Below are positions 10,918 to 17,892 of a stretch of 17,892 nt of DNA, one piece after another. The DNA lies in the NCBI GenBank assembly GCA_024626585.2, contig JANKJI020000002.1, positions 151,526,810 to 151,544,701 of the forward strand, given 5' to 3'. Position 1 is the first letter of the stretch, and every line of letters starts with the position of its first letter. Under the pieces are notes generated by a model that searched no databases, had not been told where the DNA came from, and saw nothing but the letters and a program-made list of their open reading frames with translations. This DNA is from Ginkgo biloba. Its lineage: Eukaryota; Plantae; Ginkgophyta. Both the position numbers and the translations under genes were made by a program.

Positions 10918-12270
10918 GGTAGGCCCATAATGCCAACTCCATTTTCTAATGCCAATATTTTTTATCTTGGGATATCATTCTACTTAGGAGAACCTTATTT
11001 ATGATTTATTCCAAGCCATTCCACTACATATGGTATGAGAAGGAGTGTCTATGTTTAATTCATAGTTACTAAGTAAGCTCTTTCATTACCTCATTCTAAA
11101 AATGTGTGCCCCTATTATAAACTACTTCTCTTGGGACACCAAACTTACACACAATATTAGATATAATAAAATTGACCATGGTCTTGACATTGAACCTCCT
11201 ATTCAGTGCATCTTTGGCCCACTTTGTCAAATAATCAATGGCCATAAGTATATAAAGGTATTTGGACAATAAAATAACTACACATCAATGTAATCTAGCT
11301 CCTATTTCATAAATGAAATTGATATATTTAGGTTAAATGGGTAAACTTAGAAGTACCACTCGCCTGGAATTAACTTGATATGCCTTACATGACTTGGCCG
11401 TGGAATATGTATCTTTAAAAATAGTATTTCAATAAAAACATTCTATGATTACCATATTAATAGGTGTTTTCTATAAGAAAATGGCCCCCACATATGCTAG
11501 CATGTAACTTTGCTAATATTTTATGGGCATATGCCTAATCTACATACTAAAGTAATATGCCATTGAGCCTCCCCTATCAAGGCATCATAACCACTATAAA
11601 TTCTAATCTCGTGTTGTTATGCCTTTGTAAGATGCTCCCTAAAAGTCTAAGTGAGAAGATATTGGATTATATGTGCATATCAAACCTCATGATCTTGCAC
11701 CCACAACAATGATTTGTCAAGGAAGGTGGCTACCTATAAGGTTATGGGTTTAATGATACCTGGGTTGTTTGTAGTTAAATATCAAAAACATTCCACTATT
11801 CATTGCCCTCTATTCTCCTTAGTCATAATCTCAAAGCCAAACTCCTACAACACTAGGACGCACTTGGCCATTTTTTCCTACAAATAAGATTAATTAAATA
11901 ATGGTCGGAGTGGGTTCACATCTACAAACCATTTAAAATGGGTATATAATAAATAGCTACACATCTTCCCCACAATATATATCAATGCCAACACTTCCTT
12001 TTGAATCGCTAAATACTTGGCTTCTAGGTTTTTATATTTCTACTCATCATAATACATAGGTTGTTCTCTTCCTTTTTTATACTATTAGAGAATAAAAAGA
12101 AACATTTTCTTAGACCCCATATGTGTGATCAATAAAAACTTCTTTTCTGAGTTCTCAATGATTGAATTAGTAAGGGTTTTAGGTTGTTCAAGGTAGTCTA
12201 ATAGTCTATTATCCACTAAAAAATGACACGCTTATTTAGCAAGTTATTGAGTAGGGCCTGATATGCCATG
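10918..12270 (-). pseudogene. Non-chromovirus Gypsy (Athila/Tat-like) pol remnant: RT connection, RNase H and integrase
   Basis: Minus translations: LLNNLLNKRVIF*W; GREQPMYY...KYLAIQKEVLALIYIVGKMCSYLL...DVNPL...MAKCVLVL*EFGFEI (RNase H); ILAKLHASICGGHF...FY*NTIFKD...KSCKAYQ (H2C2); FMK*ELDYI; YILMAIDYLTKWA...NIVCKFGVPREVVYNRGTHF*NEVMKEL...IKHRHS.SYH..WNGL...NK...W...ALWAY (rve core). Confidence 0.93.
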
Positions 12271-12898
12271 AAACCAACTTTACCTATCCATGTACACTCT
12301 ATATTAATACTTTAATTATTACTCATTTATTTTATGTAAATTTATATAACTAAGTGATCTACTTAATCCATATTAATTAGTATATTTATGATACAAGTAA
12401 AAATCCCTAAGATAGAATTTAACACAGACTTTAGAAAGGCTACTAAAAGTAAACAAATATAGTTTTTAGAATTTTTAATAATGCCTAGGAGTATAGTGAA
12501 AGAGAAATAAACAAAATACCTAAAATGGATTCTTTATAATCTTTCTAATTTTTATATAGATTGTACACCTCTATTACATATATTTTGAACTATTTTTATA
12601 AATTTGTCTTACTATCTCTCTCAAGCAATTCTATTTTTAGAAAAATAAAGAAGAAATCCCTTCTTCCATCCTAACCAAATCTAGAAATAAGAATGCAACA
12701 TTTTTAATTCTAAGAAAAACTATAAAATTAAAAACTAGATCTTTAAAAGAAATAGTTGAGGCCACATGTATGTCTTAAACTATTTNNNNNNNNNNNNNNN
12801 NNNNNNNNNNNNNNNNNNNNNNNNNNNNNNNNNNNNNNNNNNNNNNNNNNNNNNNNNNNNNNNNNNNNNNNNNNNNNNNNNNNNNNNNNNNNNNNNNN

Positions 12899-13925
12899 TT
12901 CTTCTTAATGATTAGGACAATTATCGATACCCATTGGAAATGTTCCACCTGAAATATAAAATTGGCCTCTAATAGATTCTATATTTTCTCCTTTACTAGG
13001 ATACTAAGCCTAGGAACCAACCACCTTTACTTCTATCAAACTAGGCATGACCCATTATTTAAATAATATGTATAACAAGGACACCTATGTGAGGCCAAAT
13101 TCAACTTAAAATAGTTCTAAGTGAATAAATCATAAAATTATTTACACATGGCCACATACTACTCAATATATTGAATTTAACAAGACACCCCAAAATGCAA
13201 CATCTATAGCCTTCTTTCTGGTCCAATGTCCACCTCCTAAGTAGTTTCCTCCTAGTGTTAAGATAATTGCGTCCAATTATATTCATCATAAATATAGAGC
13301 CTAGTGATGTTGAAGAATTAGGAAAATAATCTTAAGCTCCTATCCATACATATTAGGGATTTTCCCTTTCTTAGGAATTCTTGCTACCATTCCACCATAT
13401 CACCTTCCTGTGTATGAACCATCATGGCCATATTTTTCCTAAATAGACCCTTATCCCTATAGATCCAACTTAAAATAACATCTTCCTTTGTAAAATATTA
13501 TAAACTAAGGCCATATTGATTCCATATTATAAATACACATGTGAATGCACTGTCACACAATAACACCATCTCTAATGTAATGGGGATACCTCTAATTACT
13601 ATCTCCTTTGGATTAGTATGAATAATATAAGTTATCATCCTATTATTATTATCTAGAACTACCCTATTCAACATAAAAATACTACACCCACTACAATCAA
13701 CTAGGGTTAACCCAATAATAGTGAAAAAGAGTTAGGCTCGAGTAAATCCATCATTATAAATTCAACTCATGCTAGCATACCAGTGATGTCTACCACAATA
13801 TGTTTTATTATTCCCTTCGGGGAGACTTCCCTTGAATTAAAAGAATCTAATGTAATATATAATGGATCCATTATAGTCAATCTAAGGCAGGCCATTATGT
13901 ATAGTAAAATTGATGTTCCATCCTA
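12899..13925 (-). pseudogene. Gypsy aspartic protease and reverse transcriptase N-terminus remnant (probably the same family as 10918-12270)
   Basis: ~13925-13690 reads DGTSIL...LRLTIMDPLYITLDSFNSREVSPKGIIKHIVVDITG...VEFIMMDL...FSLLLG*P*L (protease; LLLGRPWL). 13140-12901 reads FYDLFT*NY...GSCLV**K*RWLVPRLSILVKEKI*NLLEANFIFQVEHFQWVSIIVLIIKK (RT start; VKEEI.KLL.AGFI..V....WVSPIV.V.KK). The PR-RT-RH-INT order fits Gypsy. Confidence 0.88.
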
Positions 13926-14089
13926 ACTAGGAGGGGGATAGCAAGTGGTTCTAAGGATTTAAGCTCATTAAGGGGCTATGACCAAAGGGNNNNNNNNNNN
14001 NNNNNNNNNNNNNNNNNNNNNNNNNNNNNNNNNNNNNNNNNNNNNNNNNNNNNNNNNNNNNNNNNNNNNNNNNNNNNNNNNNNNNNNNN

Positions 14090-14590
14090 GTTGGGTTAGT
14101 GATAGATGATATTATCAAACCATTTGACCTATTGAATACCTCTAACTCTGCCTTAATTAGATACAAAAACTCATAGATATTTTTCTTATTTGTAGTCTTA
14201 CCCTCTTCTAGAGGGCCCACCACCTTGCCATGATCTAGAAGTCCTAGCAATGTTGTAATGGTTATTTTATTTACTGTCATCCTCCTTTCACTAATATGGA
14301 TGTCTCCCTTCTGAAGCCTCCTTAAGATCTTAATAGAACCTACATAGTCCACATAGATAATAATCATTTTATCCATATCCACTAGTCTTGCCACTTGTAG
14401 GCACTCATACATTGAAGAATGTCATCCATCCACCTTAGTTGCAAATTTCTCCCATTCTCCAGCCCATAACTCAAATCATCATCTACCACTTCACAAGTCT
14501 ATCAGGTCACCACTTTTTTCTTTCTTCTTGAAGATTCAATTTATTGAGCTCTCTAGTAAGGCCGCTCTAACTCTATCATAGTGTCTCACT
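14090..14590 (-). pseudogene. Degenerate ORF of unassigned family, possibly a retrotransposon accessory ORF
   Basis: Open frame 14412-14090 (~107 codons; MYECLQVARLVDMDK...INKITITTLLGLLDHG-like segment) with a protein-like upstream extension GEWEKFATKVDG*HSS. It is unusually long for this stop-riddled region and has no gag/pol motif that I recognise. Confidence 0.4.
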
Positions 14591-16648
14591 AATGAAATCC
14601 ATTATGTTCAACTATTTAACTCAATAACTTCAAGTCTCTATAGGTATACATGAGCTAAAAATTATCTAAGGAAGGGTTTTACACCTCAATAGGTGAACCT
14701 ATCCTACTACCATCATCTTACCAGATTATAGTTTAAAATACCTATAAGGAAAGAATGGTTCATAACAACACTCAATTGTTAGTTCCAATGATATCTCATG
14801 CTCAACAACTCACCTCGACTGAGTTATTAAGGCAACACAATCATGCATGTCAATAGTGATAATGAAATATCTTCATCCACCAATAACACAAATTGCCTCA
14901 ACCAAATACTTAACTTCTTCCTATTGACTTGACATTAGGGTGTGTATGGATGTGATATTATTCTTTTTCAACAGTAATATAGATTAAGAGATGTTATTAT
15001 CCCTTGGGTCTTGATTTGATTCCCAAGGAGGATGCTCAATCATATATGATATCATCTATTATTTACTTTATTTGTAGCCCTAGGAAGAATAGTGTTGGTA
15101 GATGGAGGATATATAGATGCTAATTGTCATATCTTAATGAATTGATAGGGTGGGGTTGGTGAAAGTATGCTATAGTATAATATAAATCCCTTCCTTGTTA
15201 GGCTATCTTGGCTCAACTAGGAAAGGAATGGAATATTGTGTGATACATTAGATCCACTAGAGTACATATGTCTCTTGCTAATTAGGTATCTATCTTATTA
15301 TGTCCAATTTTTTTGTCCTTAGTGAGCTTGTGTGGATCAACAAGAGAATAAAAAGCACAATCTTTCTCAATTCCCTAATTCCCTATCCTATGTGAAGCAC
15401 CCAACTAAAGAAGGGACTATGTATCCTTCATCAATTAGATGGAACTTAAAATACTATCGACTATACTTAAAATAATGTCTATTATGAAAAACATACTACC
15501 TAATACAGTTTAAGATGAATTTTAGCTCAACACCTAATGTTGATAATTTTTTAGACACCACAATCATTAACACAGGTGCACCACCTAAGGAGACACCCTA
15601 GGAATACACTATGGAATTAAATGAATTTTGACCCTAGTTAGGTGATCATAAATGATAATATACTCAATTGGGGATCACCCACTAGAGGTATTACTATGAT
15701 TTAGTGTAGGTTATAGTATTTATCGATGAAGGTAAGGATAACAAGCTAAAATATAGGTCGAAAAAGACCCTAAATAATCAATAGAGGATTTTGGATGTGA
15801 GCTAGGTGTAAATGGATGGTTTAGATATTTTCAATATCATGGAAAATATTTTTGTACAGGTTTTGGGCTCATACAGTTGCTCTAAACACAAGTTATAGGG
15901 CTCAAGGAATCTTAGCATGCTTAAAAGAGGGGGTATAAACCATATCATATAAATATGTCATTCTTATGATGAAATGGNNNNNNNNNNNNNNNNNNNNNNN
16001 NNNNNNNNNNNNNNNNNNNNNNNNNNNNNNNNNNNNNNNNNNNNNNNNNNNNNNNNNNNNNNNNNNNNNNNNNNNNNNNNNNNNNNNNNNNNNNNNNNNN
16101 NNNNNNNNNNNNNNNNNNNNNNNNNACTTAGCTGTTAAGTGCAACTTGTTTTAAATTGTCCATATACTTGTGAAGGGCTATAGTGCTAAATTTATGGAGT
16201 TGTCTTCAGATGTATAGATTTATAATATTCTAGAAATTTAAAGGCTATGCTATTAGAAATATTATAGAAATAATATTTTCCTTATTCTTTATAAAGTATA
16301 TTGATTCAACTAAAGAAGAGAATGGATATGTGAATAAAAAATGCCCTCCCTAGTCCCTTGTGAGATTGATTTCCTTCATTAGTGAAGAAAAGAAATATTT
16401 TATCATAAATAGGAAAAATCTTAAAGAGTGGCTTAATTTTTATAAGTATAATTCATTAATGAATAATTTTAACATATAAAATATCTAATATATACAATAT
16501 AAATGAGTATTCTATGAAAATAAATATTTTAATATTAACTTATACTAANNNNNNNNNNNNNNNNNNNNNNNNNNNNNNNNNNNNNNNNNNNNNNNNNNNN
16601 NNNNNNNNNNNNNNNNNNNNNNNNNNNNNNNNNNNNNNNNNNNNNNNN

Positions 16649-16782
16649 AGTATGTATATATAGAAGTATGTATATACTTACATGCATTCATACATACATA
16701 CATACACACATGTTTGCGCACACACACATATATATATGTATGTGCATGTGCACATGTGTGTACGTACAATTGTATGTCTTGC
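16649..16782. repeat. Compound AT/AC/GT alternating purine-pyrimidine microsatellite
   Basis: Interspersed (TA)n, (TACA)n, (CA)n and (TG)n runs next to an N-gap. Confidence 0.9.
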
Positions 16783-17049
16783 ATTAATAATTAACTATAA
16801 CTAATTAATAAATCCTAACTAAATGTTGAAAATATTAATAATATTAACATGTGTCAATATCAATTCAAATATACTACAAAAACCCTTCTTCTAATAGTAA
16901 AATTAGGTTATCTAGAATCTTCCATGGATTGATTATATTATGTTAATACTTCCTTAACTCTTATCAAAATTTGGAAATTTTCCAAATGTTACCTCCTTAT
17001 TAGAGGTGTCCTATATAATTATGTTGAACCATTATTAGGTAATTTCACA

Positions 17050-17892
17050 TTTTATTATGCGGTTATTAAGAAGGTTCATTCGCCAGTCTATTTGCTCTGC
17101 GTCGTAGCTTCGCTAATTTCAATTTTGGGGCCAACGGACTTGATTGTTCTCAGCAAATGGGTCAATGAATGCCAAAAAATGAGTTACGAAGAAAGCGAAA
17201 GGCTTAGTGAATGGAAGCTCATCGAGTTTGCGAACGCAATAGTGAACGGTACACAGATTCAACAGATGAAATTCAAGCTACCAATGAACAAAAACCAGCG
17301 TACCAAATCCCAGTGGGGGTCAATTAGCTCGACAAACGGAGAAGGATGTCTGCCAGGGCAGCGAACGTGTGGAGTCTGGACGAGCGCTGCATAGGAGAAG
17401 TCAAATTTTTGAATTTGACAAATTAAATAGGATGGGATTTGTCGCGGAACCGGAATCACATTCTTTTTTTGTTTTTGTTTGATTGAGTATTAGCGGAATC
17501 GGTAGGAGAGTCATCCCCAACCCCAGAGACTCAGATCGAAGCCGGCCCACCCCCTATAACCTCTTCCCTGTTTGGCTGCATCCCGTGGCAGGTATCGGGG
17601 GTCCCGAGGATCGATCACGGATAGATATTGACGTAGACGAATAACTTACCACACGACCACTGGAATCACTTTGACCAAAGGCACCATGAATTCTTCCACA
17701 ACTAAGTTTAAAGACAATCGTAGTAGTTGGAGTTAGGTAGGGAAGATTTTGGGCACACAAGGAGGATTGAGATGGGATGATGAAGGAGTGTGCACAAGGG
17801 AACAACTCCAAGTGGGCGGCGGAGAATGAAAAGAGTTGATAGAGAGGTGCACAGGAAAAGAGTTGATCCGTATGTCAGTGGGTGAGTCAAAA
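17050..17892. promoter_or_regulatory. CpG-rich, presumably unmethylated island (candidate gene 5' end or regulatory region)
   Basis: Abrupt rise in GC and dozens of CG dinucleotides, versus their scarcity in 1-17000. No TE motifs recognised. Contains GGCCCA (17544-17549) and candidate splice sites. Confidence 0.6.
17387..17649 (-). other. Candidate GT-AG intron (263 nt) of a minus-strand transcript
   Basis: Donor GTG|GTAAGT at 17649; acceptor ATTTGAC-TTCTCCTATGCAG| ending at 17387 (branch-like TTGAC, pyrimidine tract, TGCAG). A further donor TTG|GTACGC at 17303 is followed by U-rich sequence. Confidence 0.42.

Noticed and set aside
1189-16784. ORF-track entries containing runs of X (e.g. 1189-1410, 4098-4340, 9535-9777, 15902-16144, 16545-16784)
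   Set aside because: They are open only because they span N-gaps or microsatellites and are not real coding sequence.
17324-17333. Minus-strand GTCGAGCTAA resembling the plant 7SL RNA 5' end; ACTTACC at 17644 resembling the U1 5' end
   Set aside because: No downstream similarity to 7SL or U1. ACTTACC is simply the complement of the candidate splice donor.
17092-17394. 100-aa plus-strand ORF in the CpG-rich region (and overlapping minus ORFs 17259-17459, 17554-17811, 17708-17890)
   Set aside because: Non-ATG starts, no recognisable motifs, and ORFs of this length are expected by chance at this GC content.
17559-17570. CCTCTTCCCTG match to part of miR408
   Set aside because: Only 11 nt match, the miRNA 5' seed (ATGCACTG) is absent, and there is no precursor hairpin.
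17727-17811. Possible miRNA/snoRNA hairpin (TTGGAGTT...AACTCCAA and GGGCACAC...GTGTGCAC)
   Set aside because: Only two short stems; the intervening arms are both purine-rich and cannot pair. No known mature miRNA or box motifs recognised.
1-17892. CRISPR array, prokaryotic operon or defence system
   Set aside because: No regularly spaced repeats and no intact genes; the content is eukaryotic LTR retrotransposon debris.

Overview
AT-rich, CpG-depleted eukaryotic DNA from a draft scaffold with 13 N-gaps, most likely a large-genome land plant (gymnosperm-like by element style; not provable from sequence alone). Positions 1-17000 are a graveyard of nested, heavily deaminated Ty3/Gypsy LTR retrotransposons. 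They comprise a chromovirus-type integrase remnant, several CRM-lineage pieces (gag/zinc knuckle/protease running straight into PPT+LTR; chromodomain+PPT+full LTR; PBS+gag with LTR on the minus strand) and a non-chromovirus (Athila/Tat-like) PR-RT-RNaseH-integrase remnant whose integrase is cut by a CRM-type LTR. No intact protein-coding gene is present. The last ~850 bp switch sharply to CpG-rich sequence with plausible minus-strand splice signals, suggesting the 5' end of a host transcript whose intron may contain the retroelement nest. I found no convincing novel biological system; the best leads are an RT-less CRM derivative, an unassigned accessory ORF and the CpG-rich end.
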